Assembly (NCBI GenBank): GCA_964602655.1
Contig: CAZRSF010000007.1
Span: forward strand, 49,708-113,707
Source of the DNA: an uncultured Candidatus Moduliflexus sp.
Lineage (GTDB): Bacteria; Moduliflexota; Moduliflexia; Moduliflexales; Moduliflexaceae
DNA: 64,000 nt
Direction: 5' to 3'
Both the position numbers and the translations under genes were made by a program. Positions 1-9,577 of the stretch are shown in pieces. Position 1 is the first letter of the stretch, and the number at the start of each line of letters is the position of its first letter. The notes under the pieces are model-generated. The model did not search any database. It had not been told where the DNA came from and saw only the letters and a list, made by a program, of their open reading frames with translations.

Positions 1-28
1 TGGTATCGGGGCAAACAAGAGCGTGTGA

Positions 29-1114
29 TTACTCTCGTTCAAACGCGGTCAATGCCGCGACCGCAGCCGCGTCCAATCGCCGCAAAAGTTCCATCAAAAG
101 CCGCAAGGTATTTTCGTAATCGTCCAAATGCAGCAAACTGACATGACTGTGAATGTAGCGCACGGGCGGCGCGATCACGATAGTCGGCACGCCGCTGGCA
201 TGACGATGAATTTCGCGGGCGTCCGTGCCGCCGTTGATGCGTACTGCCGTTTGATAGGGGATTTTCAGGTCGTTGGCGGTCTCGATCACGAATTTCACCA
301 ATCGGCGATTGGGAATCATGGTCGGATCGAAGAGTCGAATCTGCGTCCCATTCCCAAGCACGCCCTGCTGTTCGTCTTTTGCAAAACCGGGCGTATCGTC
401 TGCCGGAGATGCTTCCAGCACGATGGCCACATCCGGATTGACGAGATCAACGGCGGTTTCCGCGCCACGCGAGCCGACTTCTTCCTGCGTCGTGCCGACG
501 GCATATACGTCGTTCGGCAGCGTGTCGCCCGCAAGCCGCGTCAATGCCTCAACAAACAACGCCACGCCTGCGCGGTCATCGAACGCTTTGCCGCTGACGA
601 AGCGGGGATTTTTCATCTCCATGAATTCGGTCTGCGGCACAATCGGGTCGCCGGGCGCGATGCCGAACGCCTCCATCGCTTCGATTTTATCTTTCGCGCC
701 GACATCAATGAACATGTTGCGAATATCCTGAACTTTCGCGCGTTCTTCCGGCGCAAGATGATGAACGGACTTTGCGCCGATGGTGCCCGGCACGTCGCCG
801 GTTGCGGTTTTGATGACGACGCGCTGCGCTAATAACGTGTGTTCCCACCAGCCGCCGAGCGCATGGAATTTCACGAAGCCGTCCGGCGTGACGAGTCGAA
901 CGAGAAAGCCGACTTCATCGGTATGCGCGGCGACGAGAACGCGGGGCGTTTCCGAACTGCCGATACGGCGGCAGATGATGCTGCCGGATTTATCATACGA
1001 GATGTCGGCGATTTCGGCGAGATGCTGGCGGATCAGCCGTCGAACATCGCCTTCGCTGCCGGGAACTCCGGCGACAAGGCTGAATTGCGCGAGCAAGTCT
1101 TTTGATGATGGCAT
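29..1114 (-). CDS. M42 family metallopeptidase (FrvX/YsdC-type aminopeptidase)
   Basis: 361-aa ORF with M42 metal-ligand motifs AHTDEVGF, FDDRAG and QEEVGSRGA. Paralog of 4230..5288. Confidence 0.8.
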   Translation of the reverse strand: MPSSKDLLAQFSLVAGVPGSEGDVRRLIRQHLAEIADISYDKSGSIICRRIGSSETPRVLVAAHTDEVGFLVRLVTPDGFVKFHALGGWWEHTLLAQRVVIKTATGDVPGTIGAKSVHHLAPEERAKVQDIRNMFIDVGAKDKIEAMEAFGIAPGDPIVPQTEFMEMKNPRFVSGKAFDDRAGVALFVEALTRLAGDTLPNDVYAVGTTQEEVGSRGAETAVDLVNPDVAIVLEASPADDTPGFAKDEQQGVLGNGTQIRLFDPTMIPNRRLVKFVIETANDLKIPYQTAVRINGGTDAREIHRHASGVPTIVIAPPVRYIHSHVSLLHLDDYENTLRLLMELLRRLDAAAVAALTAFERE

Positions 1115-1132
1115 AAAATTATTCGAGCGATT

Positions 1133-1214
1133 CCCCTCATGGGAGGGGCAAGGGGTGGGTTGACGAACACAATATTCCTGCGCTGAAACCCACCCCCACC
1201 CCTCCCAAGAGGGG
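1133..1214. repeat. G/C-tract imperfect palindrome
   Basis: Left arm cccctcatgggaggggcaaggggtgggtt is mirrored by aacccacccccacccctcccaagagggg. Each arm also folds on itself (CCCCTC/GAGGGG). A related element lies at 31901..31947. Confidence 0.6.
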
Positions 1215-1278
1215 AAAAATAAGAAAAACGGCGCATCGTTGCCGACGCGCCGTGAAAAAATGTGATGCGGGCTGCAAA

Positions 1279-1617
1279 TTACAGTTTCAGGCTGTTATCC
1301 CAGACGCCGTGCAGATTGCAATACGACAACGCGGTCAGGGATTTGTAGTTTTCTTTTTTAATCACAATCGAACCGCTCGGCAGCGACGTGCCTTTGCCGA
1401 AAGTCAGCGTGGCGACTTCCACGACTTTGCCTTCCTGCGTTTCGCCGAACACTTTCACCCATTCGATATGATGTTCCGGCATGGTCGGATGCAAAACATC
1501 TTTGCCGATCTGAATCGTGACAACCGTCCCGATAGCGCTGTCAGACAGCGTCAAACTCGGCACATGCTTTTCTTTCCCCTCGAAATCAGGGCTATGAACC
1601 AATGCTGCGAATCCCAT
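1279..1617 (-). CDS. superoxide reductase (neelaredoxin-type, 1Fe-SOR)
   Basis: 112-aa ORF with the SOR iron-ligand signature: EKHVP, HPTMPEHHIEW and CNLHGVW. Confidence 0.85.
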   Translation of the reverse strand: MGFAALVHSPDFEGKEKHVPSLTLSDSAIGTVVTIQIGKDVLHPTMPEHHIEWVKVFGETQEGKVVEVATLTFGKGTSLPSGSIVIKKENYKSLTALSYCNLHGVWDNSLKL

Positions 1618-1661
1618 AACTCAATCCTCCTCTGCGCCATGCAGAACGAATTCAGGTAAAA

Positions 1662-1823
1662 TTAATCCAAAGGTTCGAACATATCTTTTTCGACGCCGCA
1701 ATCCGGGCATGTCCAATCATCGGGCAGGTCTTCGAACGCCGTTCCGGGATTTACGCTATTATCGGGATCGCCAACAGCCGGGTCATAAATAAAGCCGCAT
1801 ACGGTACATTTATACTTCTTCAT
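1662..1823 (-). CDS. rubredoxin
   Basis: Hand-translated 53-aa ORF below the 60-aa cutoff of the ORF track: [53 protein letters not shown]. It has two CxxCG knuckles and the DDWxCP motif. An AGAGGAGAAA RBS lies upstream. Confidence 0.9.
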   Translation of the reverse strand: MKKYKCTVCGFIYDPAVGDPDNSVNPGTAFEDLPDDWTCPDCGVEKDMFEPLD

Positions 1824-2032
1824 ATCGTTTCTCCTCTGGTTATGGTAGCAGAAGCCGCGCTCCTTTCCTACCGGTTGCCGATTCTTTCGCCCTTTCCCGT
1901 CAAAATCATCAATCGTTCATATCAGTGAAAATCTCAGGTGGAATGTCAAGAAAAAAGATGCGAGAACTACAAGGACGGATGTAAGAAAGAATTCGCTTGA
2001 TTCATACTTATCTTCCTCCCATCGTTGTCGTT

Positions 2033-3199
2033 TTACTGCGCGGCCAATTCGATTTTGTTGCCCGTCATGCCGGTGACATCGAACATCAGGCCGTTGAAAT
2101 CCTGCGCGGTCAATTCATCCGCCAGCGTCTCGGTCGTGCCCTGAATTTCGACATCGAGCACGGCGGTTTTTTGTTGAAAACTGCGCTGATTCACCGTCTT
2201 GACGCCGCGAATTTTCGTGGCGAGAATCTCTTTGATCTGCTTGAGTTGCGCAAACGTGACGTTCGACACGACGAGTTGCACGGTCGTGGCTGTTTGCACA
2301 TCCTGCCGCCATTGCTCGAGGATGTTGGGAATCAGCGTCTCCGCTAATTTGGCGCTCGCTTTTTCGATAGCCGCCGTTCCGCCGGTCAAGTCGTCAATAT
2401 GCGCGTTTTTCGCCTGCTCCGCCGCCGAGGCAATCACCGCCGCCGTATCCGCCCGCACGGCTCTGGCGGTCACAAGCGCCTGATACGATTTCATCTCGCT
2501 CTTGAGAATCTTTGCTCCGGCGCTGGCCGAGGCTTTCACCGTAATAACCACGTCCGCGGCGAATTGCTGGCAAATCGCGGCGGAGGCGGCGACGTCTCCC
2601 TCTGTCGCTTTAACCGCTAATTCACGGTTCACGTTTTGCGCGACAGTCATGGCGTCCACAACCTCGAACCCTTTATTGACAAATGCCTGCTGCAATGTGA
2701 CTTCCGCCTGCGACATGTCCGCCGACGCCACGCCAGCAGTTTTCAGGCCGACAAGCTCTTCCGAGACAAGAAACATCATGCGCGGATTTCCTTTTTGCTG
2801 AATCACATGCCGGATCGCCTGCACATCGGCGTCTAACGCGCCCATGCCGATGACAGCGCGAATTTTGACGCGATATTCCTTGTCGTCATGGCGGTCGTTA
2901 AGGATGTCATACGAGGTGATATAGCCTGCTGATTGGGTGAGGATGCGATCTGAGACGATTTCGTAATTCTGCACGACCGATTCGGAGGACATCAGGACGC
3001 CGACCGCCTGTTCGACAGCCTTGCGCTGCGCGTCAACAATCGCGTTATCGCGCGCCGTCGCCGTGTCATTTTGCAGGATGCGAGCCACGCCTTCGGCTTC
3101 GACCCTTTGCTGCGCATCTTCTCCGTAGAGCGCGATTGGCGTTAACATCGAGAGAAGAAGAGACGCGATCAAAAAGAGTCTGCATGATATTGTCATCAT
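2033..3199 (-). CDS. secreted protein with an LPP20/FlgT_N-like N-terminal domain (function unknown)
   Basis: The ORF was trimmed to MMTISCRLFLIASLLLSMLTPIALYG, which is a signal peptide. The AEGVA...ARDNAIVDAQRKAVEQAVGV pattern resembles LPP20/FlgT-type lipoprotein domains. This family assignment is tentative. Confidence 0.5.
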   Translation of the reverse strand: MMTISCRLFLIASLLLSMLTPIALYGEDAQQRVEAEGVARILQNDTATARDNAIVDAQRKAVEQAVGVLMSSESVVQNYEIVSDRILTQSAGYITSYDILNDRHDDKEYRVKIRAVIGMGALDADVQAIRHVIQQKGNPRMMFLVSEELVGLKTAGVASADMSQAEVTLQQAFVNKGFEVVDAMTVAQNVNRELAVKATEGDVAASAAICQQFAADVVITVKASASAGAKILKSEMKSYQALVTARAVRADTAAVIASAAEQAKNAHIDDLTGGTAAIEKASAKLAETLIPNILEQWRQDVQTATTVQLVVSNVTFAQLKQIKEILATKIRGVKTVNQRSFQQKTAVLDVEIQGTTETLADELTAQDFNGLMFDVTGMTGNKIELAAQ

Positions 3200-3378
3200 A
3201 TTCGTTGTTCGCGTCAGGCGCGCCGCGCGCGTCGTCTCACATGCGCGTTGCTCCTGAAACGAAGAGATTCTCCCGAATGAGGAAAACATGAGGGAAAAAC
3301 ATCGAACACGCTGCTCAATCCGCTGAAAAACCCGGAGGAGACACCTCTCCGTGTCTCACTCCGACTTGGCTGCCAGAC

Positions 3379-3756
3379 CTATAGCAGCTTTTCCGATCCC
3401 GTATAAACCTCTTCGACAGCCAATGCGACAGCGCCATGACCCGGATGCTTTTGAGGGTTCCATGTTTTCATATCCTCAAAAATCGGTCCATCCTGGTGGT
3501 AGGCGATATGTCCCTTGATCTGATACGGTTTGCCGTCTTTCGTGGAAAAAAGAATCGTGCCTTTGCTGCCCGCGAGAATGTTTTCCAGGGTTTTGACAAA
3601 ATAATTATTCGCCACTACGATCGTCTTCTCGTTGTATTTCGACACGCAGGTCGCATAGATGGCGTTAGGGGTTCCATCGTGATGAACCGTTGATAAAATG
3701 ACGGGGCCTTCCCGGTCATCCCATGCCTGACTTACTGCTTCGGGTAATGCTGCCAT
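3379..3756 (-). CDS. pyridoxamine 5'-phosphate oxidase family (FMN-binding split-barrel) protein
   Basis: 125 aa. The size and the pattern (VILSTVHHDGTPNAIYATCV, TILFSTKDGKPYQIKG) are typical of small PNPOx-like flavoproteins. Confidence 0.55.
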   Translation of the reverse strand: MAALPEAVSQAWDDREGPVILSTVHHDGTPNAIYATCVSKYNEKTIVVANNYFVKTLENILAGSKGTILFSTKDGKPYQIKGHIAYHQDGPIFEDMKTWNPQKHPGHGAVALAVEEVYTGSEKLL

Positions 3757-4229
3757 TCAAGTTCTCCTTATGTGTTACCCTTCGTGACAAGATAAGACGC
3801 GAGACAGGCGTCTCGCCGAACAGAGAGGCTTTTCAGCATCAAGCCTCTGCGCTTCTCGCAAGGGCGGATTCGTTGTTATATTTCGTGTGTTCGATCATTT
3901 CGAACACACGTAGGTATTATGACAAGGATTTGCTCGTATAATGCGCCGATGAGAAGCGATTGCACGAGAATATTTGTCTCATCTCGTTATTATTTTTGTC
4001 AACCTTTTATTATATGTGTAAGGGAATTCCGTAGATTAGCCATGACCAAACGGCAAAATGTTTTGCTTGTTCAGCAATGAAAATACGCCCTCTGATTTTT
4101 GTTCGGATACAGGCGTTTCTTCCTTGACTTTTTCAAGGGAGAACCTCTATTTTTTGCTGAAGGTATGCAAAATCGCGTGATCACGATGATGGGAACTAAT
4201 TATGAGAGACAATGAAAGGTGGATGTAAC

Positions 4230-5288
4230 ATGAATGAACAGACGCTTGATTTTTTGAAACAGTTGCTCGATACGCCGAGTCCGTCCGGCGATGAAGCGGC
4301 GATCAGCCGCATCTGGCGTAAAGAAGCCGAAACCTTTGCCGATGACACGCAGGCGGACGTGCGCGGGAATTCCTTCGCAACGCTGCGCGGCGGAGCGCCG
4401 AAAGTGCTGCTGGCCGGGCATATTGACGAAATCGGCCTGATGGTCAGTTATATTGATGACGACGGCTTTCTCTCGTTTTCCGGCGTCGGCGGCTGGGATT
4501 CGCAAACGCTTGTCGGGCAGCGGGTGCGGCTTTTAGGGAAAAACGGCGAAGTCTCCGGCGTGGTGGGCAAAAAGCCGATTCATTTGATGGAAGACGATGA
4601 ACGCAAAAAAGTCTCGCAAATCAAAGACCTCTGGCTCGATCTCGGCGTCACGAACCGCAAAGAGGCCGAAGAGCTTGTCCGCATCGGCACGGTCGGCGTG
4701 ATTGAAGCGGACGTCAAAGAATATGCCAACGGACGCATCGTGTCGCGTGGCTTAGACGACCGCATCGGCGCATTCGCCGTGTTGGAAGCGCTGCGGCTGT
4801 TGTCGCAAGAGCGTCCGGCAGCGACGGTGACGGCGGTCGCGACCTGTCAGGAAGAAATCACGATGGCCGGAGCGCAGACCAGCGCGTTCAGCGTCGCCCC
4901 GCAGGTCGGCATCGCGGTGGATGTGACCTTTACGACCGATCACCCCAATTCCGATAAAAAACAAAACGGCGATGTGAAGCTCGGCGGCGGCCCGGTACTG
5001 TCGCGCGGCGCGGCCAACAGTCCGGTGATCTTCGACATGCTGGTCGCGATTGCGGAACGGGAACAGATTCCGTATAGCGTGCAGATTACGCCGCGTCGCA
5101 CCGGCACGGACGCCGACATGATCCATGTCTCGCGCGGCGGCGTCGCGACCGCCGTGATCTCGATTCCCTGCCGTTATCTGCATTCTCCGAACGAAATGAT
5201 CGCGTTGTCCGATGTGGAACAGACGGCCAAATTGATCGCCGCCTTCGTGCGTTCGCTGTCGGCAGAGGCCGATTTCATCCCGCGCTGA
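4230..5288 (+). CDS. M42 family metallopeptidase
   Basis: Motifs GHIDEIGLMV, LDDRIGAF and CQEEITMAGA. The start was moved to the ATG at 4230, which follows an AAGGTGGA RBS. Confidence 0.8.
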   Translation: MNEQTLDFLKQLLDTPSPSGDEAAISRIWRKEAETFADDTQADVRGNSFATLRGGAPKVLLAGHIDEIGLMVSYIDDDGFLSFSGVGGWDSQTLVGQRVRLLGKNGEVSGVVGKKPIHLMEDDERKKVSQIKDLWLDLGVTNRKEAEELVRIGTVGVIEADVKEYANGRIVSRGLDDRIGAFAVLEALRLLSQERPAATVTAVATCQEEITMAGAQTSAFSVAPQVGIAVDVTFTTDHPNSDKKQNGDVKLGGGPVLSRGAANSPVIFDMLVAIAEREQIPYSVQITPRRTGTDADMIHVSRGGVATAVISIPCRYLHSPNEMIALSDVEQTAKLIAAFVRSLSAEADFIPR

Positions 5289-5335
5289 AAAACGGAATTC
5301 TCTTAACCGATGTATCACGCATGGAGGAAAATCGT

Positions 5336-5875
5336 ATGGCACAATATAAAGCATTTGCCCAGTATGTCGAAGTCAGCGGACAATCCGCGCAGGCCGTCAT
5401 CGAGGCGATGGGCTTGTTCAAACGCTGGGCGGTGGAAGCGCTTGCCAGGCACGGCATGTCTGAATTAAAAGCCGATCAATGGTATCCGCAGCAGAATTAT
5501 TTGGATTTTTATCGAGAGATTGCCGAACATGTCGGTTTGAAAACGCTGAAAACCATCGGCAAAGAAGTGCCGAGAAAAGCCTTCTGGCCGCCGGAGATTG
5601 ACACGCTTGACAAAGCCCTCGCTTCGATTGACGCGGCGTATCACATGAATCATCGTGGCGGCGAGATCGGCTCGTACCGTTATGAAAAGACGGGTGAGCG
5701 CTCCGGCAAAATGATCTGCCACACGCCCTATCCCTGCCCGTTCGATCATGGGGTGATCGAAGGTGTCGCGCAGCGATTTGCGATTTCCACCGCGCGCCTG
5801 AAAGTCACCCATGACGACACGCAATCCTGTCGTCTGAATGGGGCAGATCGTTGCACATACCTGATTTCGTGGTAG
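5336..5875 (+). CDS. hypothetical protein
   Basis: Start chosen after a GGAGGA RBS. No motif I can name with confidence. Cys/His-rich C-terminal part (CHTPYPCPFDHG). Confidence 0.5.
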   Translation: MAQYKAFAQYVEVSGQSAQAVIEAMGLFKRWAVEALARHGMSELKADQWYPQQNYLDFYREIAEHVGLKTLKTIGKEVPRKAFWPPEIDTLDKALASIDAAYHMNHRGGEIGSYRYEKTGERSGKMICHTPYPCPFDHGVIEGVAQRFAISTARLKVTHDDTQSCRLNGADRCTYLISW

Positions 5876-6254
5876 AGTTTCGTGCTATTGATTTTCAGGA
5901 GCGTATATGTATGACACACAACGTGATGGTGGGGCAGACATTCCTGTCTGCCCCACGTTCTCCATAATGTTGTGTGTCAATATTGTTGCTCAATAACAGA
6001 AGCGCCGAAAAAACGACTCGTTCGCGGTACGCGTGTCGAACTGTTTTTCGCCGTTCGACACGCTCAGGAAAACGGAAGCGCGTCTTATGGCGCAACAACT
6101 CTTTCACCATCATCGCATTTCCCGGAATTTTAGAATAAACATTTCGCTGATTTCCTCGTCATGATAACGACAAGGATGCGTTTCAAAAAATACGACACTC
6201 GCCGCGCTCTCTTCTCAAACGCATCTTGCTGCGACTTCTACAGGAAATGACGAT

Positions 6255-6665
6255 ATGGAATCTCAAAATCTTTTGGCAATTATCCGGCAATGCGCGTTAT
6301 GTAAAAACATTGATGAGGCCAGCGGTCATTTGCTGCTTCATTATGGGAAAGTCCGTCTTTTCGCGGCTGGAGATACGATTTTTAAACAAGGCGATTTTTC
6401 GCGTGGCATCTTCTGTCTGATTCTGTCCGGTCAGGTCGGGATCCTTTCGGATACCGGACAGGTCATTCGTGGCATGGGAAGCGGCGAAATCCTCGGCGAA
6501 CTCGGCGTCACCAGTCCGCAAAATAAACGCACGGCGACCGTGAAAGCCATCAAACCCACCGAACTCTTCGAATGGAATGTGGATATCATCAAAACGCAAG
6601 TTCCCGAAATGATGAAACGCCTGAAAGACCTCGCCTGGAAAAACGCCTCGAATTATTACGAATAA
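6255..6665 (+). CDS. cyclic nucleotide-binding domain protein (stand-alone CAP_ED)
   Basis: 136 aa. Phosphate-binding-cassette-like GEILGELGVTSPQNKRTATVKA, with no attached output domain. Confidence 0.7.
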   Translation: MESQNLLAIIRQCALCKNIDEASGHLLLHYGKVRLFAAGDTIFKQGDFSRGIFCLILSGQVGILSDTGQVIRGMGSGEILGELGVTSPQNKRTATVKAIKPTELFEWNVDIIKTQVPEMMKRLKDLAWKNASNYYE

Positions 6666-6680
6666 GGCGATCTCTGCCGT

Positions 6681-9245
6681 TCATCTTTCCGTTTTGATGA
6701 TTTTCCGCGTTGCCACATCGATCAGTAAGAAACCAAAAAAGGCGATCACCAGATACGGCCAGAGCGCGACGCCGTCATCCGGCGAGCCGGCGCGCGTCGC
6801 AAAGAGGTCGGCGGGGGGCGCGTTCAGTTCCAGCATCTTCCCGCCGGTCGCGCTTGCTATCTCTTCTAACAGCGGCAGATTGACGCTGGCGTGGAGAAAT
6901 TCATCCGTATAAGGTATCGCAAAGCCGAAGGCGTCCGGTCGGTTGGCGTCGTCGGCCTGCGTTCCGAAGAGGCTGAAATAATACGCGCCGATCTCTTCCG
7001 CCGGAAACGCGGCAGCGTAGCGCCCCGGCGCGATTTGTTTCAAGGCAAGCGTCTGGTTCGCCTGCGACGGCGACACCATGTTGATGTTCAACGACAGATG
7101 ATTCACGAACTGATTCTCCGCGTCTAACACATCCACCGTAAACCTCCCGCTATCGCCGCTGCGCGTGATCTGCGCATCGTAGCGCTGCGCGGATTCTTTG
7201 CGCTGCGCCCACTTCACCATTTGCCCGACGAATTGACCGTAATGCTCCCAGTTCACCCACTCTTTGCCCCAGCGCCCGCCTAAATCGGAGGTAAAGGCCA
7301 CGCTGCGCCCCAAACCATATTGCCAGGCCGCGAAAATCGGGCCATGCGGACTGCTCAGGATGGTTTGCGCCGCCGGTTTCGGATACGTGATGACTTGCCC
7401 GTAAAGCGTCGGAAGCGCGGTCTGCGTCAAGCCGATCAACATATCATGCGAGGCGTTGAGTTGCGGCGCAATCGAGGCTTCCGTAATCAAATCCTTACTC
7501 ACGATTTTTGTTTCGCCCGTAAAAATTCGGGGAATCGTGTCAGGGTTATCGGTGTAGTAACTCCGCCCCTGCCCCCATTCCGAAATCGAGCGCATCAACG
7601 TTTGATCCGAATCCGCGCCGATGGCAACGGTCGAAACGGAAATCCCTGCGGCGGTCATGGAACGTACGAGCGGTTCGAACTCGGCTTTGTTGGTCATGCC
7701 GTCCGACAGGACAATCACGTGCTTACGACTTGCATCCGTTTCTTTGAGCATGTTAAACGCGTCTTCCAATGCGGGATATAAGACCGTGCCGCCAGACTCT
7801 TTCAGCGTGGACAACTGCGCGGCAATCGCCTGCCGCTCGCTCGCCTGCGTCACCGGCACGGCGCGGACGAATTGCGAATCGAACGCCACAATGCCGACTT
7901 TATCGGTCGGATTGAGCAATTCAATCGAAGAAAATGCCGCGATTTTGGCGAGTTCCAATTTAGTTTTATCCGTGTAGCGGGAACTCATGCTGGACGATTT
8001 ATCAATCACGAACACAAGGCACAGCCCGGAGAATTTCACATCCGTCGGCGCATCCATAAACACCGGCAGCAGGTCTTCAATCGGCGTTTTGCGGTAGTTT
8101 CCCGCGCCGAAACTGCGCTCGCCGCCCAACATAATGAACCCGCCGCCCATTTCCCGCACGTATGTTTCAAGGTGCTCCATCAGCGTGAATGACAGGCGGT
8201 CGCCGGAGACATTATCGAAGATGATCGCGTTATATGTGAGCAGTTCGTGCAGCGTGCCGCTCAATTCGTCGAGCGTTTTGCGGCTCGGCGCGATGCCTTG
8301 CATGTAGAGCGCATCGAACAGCGGGGATGGCGGCGCGGACGCATCCGCGACATACAACACCTGCGATTTTTGTTCTCCTTTCACAAATGCCAGACCTTCA
8401 TTGTTCTGAAAAATCAGATCGTCCGGGCAGTTCAGAATCGCTTTATACAGATACAGCCCAGATCCCTGAAGCTGATCGGTCACGACAAAACGATTTTTTC
8501 CGGCGCGCAGGCGCACTGTTTCGCTGCTCATCAACGCCTCATTTTTCAAGATGATCAATTCGCCTTCGGTGTCATGGGAACTGGTCACTTCGACGCTGAT
8601 CTCATAAGGCGTTTCAAGGGGAATGGCGGCAGGCGCGGCGACATCGCTGACGAAGACTTCGCGGCTGCCGAACCATGATTCCACCGGTACAGGAAGAATC
8701 TGGACGCCGAGCGACGCGGCGAGCGCCACGCGCTGTTTTGCTTCGCCGATATTTTCGTTACCGTCGGTGAACAGGACGATTTTTTTCTCGCCAACCGGCG
8801 GAAATTGTCCGATAGCTAATTGAAGCGCGTCGGCTAAATTCGTGAAATTCGGGTTGATGTCCGATTGCATCTCGCTGAATTCGAAGGGATTTCGCAGCGA
8901 GAGTTCGAGCGACGGCTGCTTGCCGAACGCGATCAATCCCGTTTGATCCTGTTCGTCCATGCCGGTGAGCGCCTGCTGAATGAAACCGTGAATTGCCGTT
9001 GTTTTGTCGCGGCTGATGCTTTCGGAGCGATCAACGCAAAAGATGAGATTGACGCGATCTGTTTTCGTGATCAAACGGGGATCGGCTAACGCCAATCCGG
9101 CCAGCAGAATCAGCAGCGAGCGCAGCCCGGCAACCAGCACACGATGAAGGCGGAGGCTGTCACGCCAGGGCGAATAGCGCATCATCAGCCAGATCGCCGG
9201 AATTAGCAGCAGCACGAATAAAAAAAGCGGATGATGAAATTTCAT
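6681..9245 (-). CDS. BatA_N / double-VWA domain membrane protein with a GATase1-like (DUF1355-type) middle region
   Basis: Trimmed to MKFHHPLFLFVLLLIPAIW (BatA N-terminal type). Two VWA MIDAS motifs (VDRSESIS and IDKSSSMS). C-terminal TM helix. Confidence 0.75.
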   Translation of the reverse strand: MKFHHPLFLFVLLLIPAIWLMMRYSPWRDSLRLHRVLVAGLRSLLILLAGLALADPRLITKTDRVNLIFCVDRSESISRDKTTAIHGFIQQALTGMDEQDQTGLIAFGKQPSLELSLRNPFEFSEMQSDINPNFTNLADALQLAIGQFPPVGEKKIVLFTDGNENIGEAKQRVALAASLGVQILPVPVESWFGSREVFVSDVAAPAAIPLETPYEISVEVTSSHDTEGELIILKNEALMSSETVRLRAGKNRFVVTDQLQGSGLYLYKAILNCPDDLIFQNNEGLAFVKGEQKSQVLYVADASAPPSPLFDALYMQGIAPSRKTLDELSGTLHELLTYNAIIFDNVSGDRLSFTLMEHLETYVREMGGGFIMLGGERSFGAGNYRKTPIEDLLPVFMDAPTDVKFSGLCLVFVIDKSSSMSSRYTDKTKLELAKIAAFSSIELLNPTDKVGIVAFDSQFVRAVPVTQASERQAIAAQLSTLKESGGTVLYPALEDAFNMLKETDASRKHVIVLSDGMTNKAEFEPLVRSMTAAGISVSTVAIGADSDQTLMRSISEWGQGRSYYTDNPDTIPRIFTGETKIVSKDLITEASIAPQLNASHDMLIGLTQTALPTLYGQVITYPKPAAQTILSSPHGPIFAAWQYGLGRSVAFTSDLGGRWGKEWVNWEHYGQFVGQMVKWAQRKESAQRYDAQITRSGDSGRFTVDVLDAENQFVNHLSLNINMVSPSQANQTLALKQIAPGRYAAAFPAEEIGAYYFSLFGTQADDANRPDAFGFAIPYTDEFLHASVNLPLLEEIASATGGKMLELNAPPADLFATRAGSPDDGVALWPYLVIAFFGFLLIDVATRKIIKTER

Positions 9246-9264
9246 AAGTAATTGAATAGAATAA

Positions 9265-9293
9265 CCACAGATTTCGCGGATTGCACAGATTAT
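9265..9293. repeat. CACAGAT-word repeat (ccacagatttcgcggattgcacagattat)
   Basis: The same word architecture flanks the palindrome at 37308..37379 (37284..37307, and reverse-complemented at 37380..37412). Confidence 0.5.
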
Positions 9294-9577
9294 AGACACG
9301 CGCTGTTTACGCTCGCCCGTTCCGCCGATTCTGTCAATAGAAAAGAATCTGGTTCTTTTTCTTGACATCGTGATGGATTTTTGTCATGACCAGCAACAGG
9401 GCAGAGTTAAACGGACAAGCATCTCCGCGCCGGTGTTCGCGGTCGTCGAGGCAAAAACCGACAATATCAATTCCAACTTCGGGCAGCGCATGGTGGAAAT
9501 GGTCGCCGCGCAGCTCTATAATAAGGTGTTCGAAAACGGAAACATCACATTATCACACAATAAAGAGGAGATAACAT

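Noticed and set aside
128-832. Long ORFs on the strand opposite well-supported genes. Examples are 128..832, 4752..5354, 20613..21380, 43948..44727, 45230..45757, 60584..61297 and 62662..63339.
   Set aside because: Their translations are low-complexity and Arg/His/Ala-rich with no motifs. Each lies fully inside a gene with clear family signatures, so they are shadow ORFs typical of biased codon usage.
5895-6113. 72-aa minus-strand ORF in the gap between the hypothetical gene and the cNMP-binding gene.
   Set aside because: It is built almost entirely from palindromic repeat sequence: the GGGGCAGACA-TTCC-TGTCTGCCCC hairpin nested in TGACACACAAC / GTTGTGTGTCA, and the GCGTGTCGAAC hairpin. There is no RBS and no motif.
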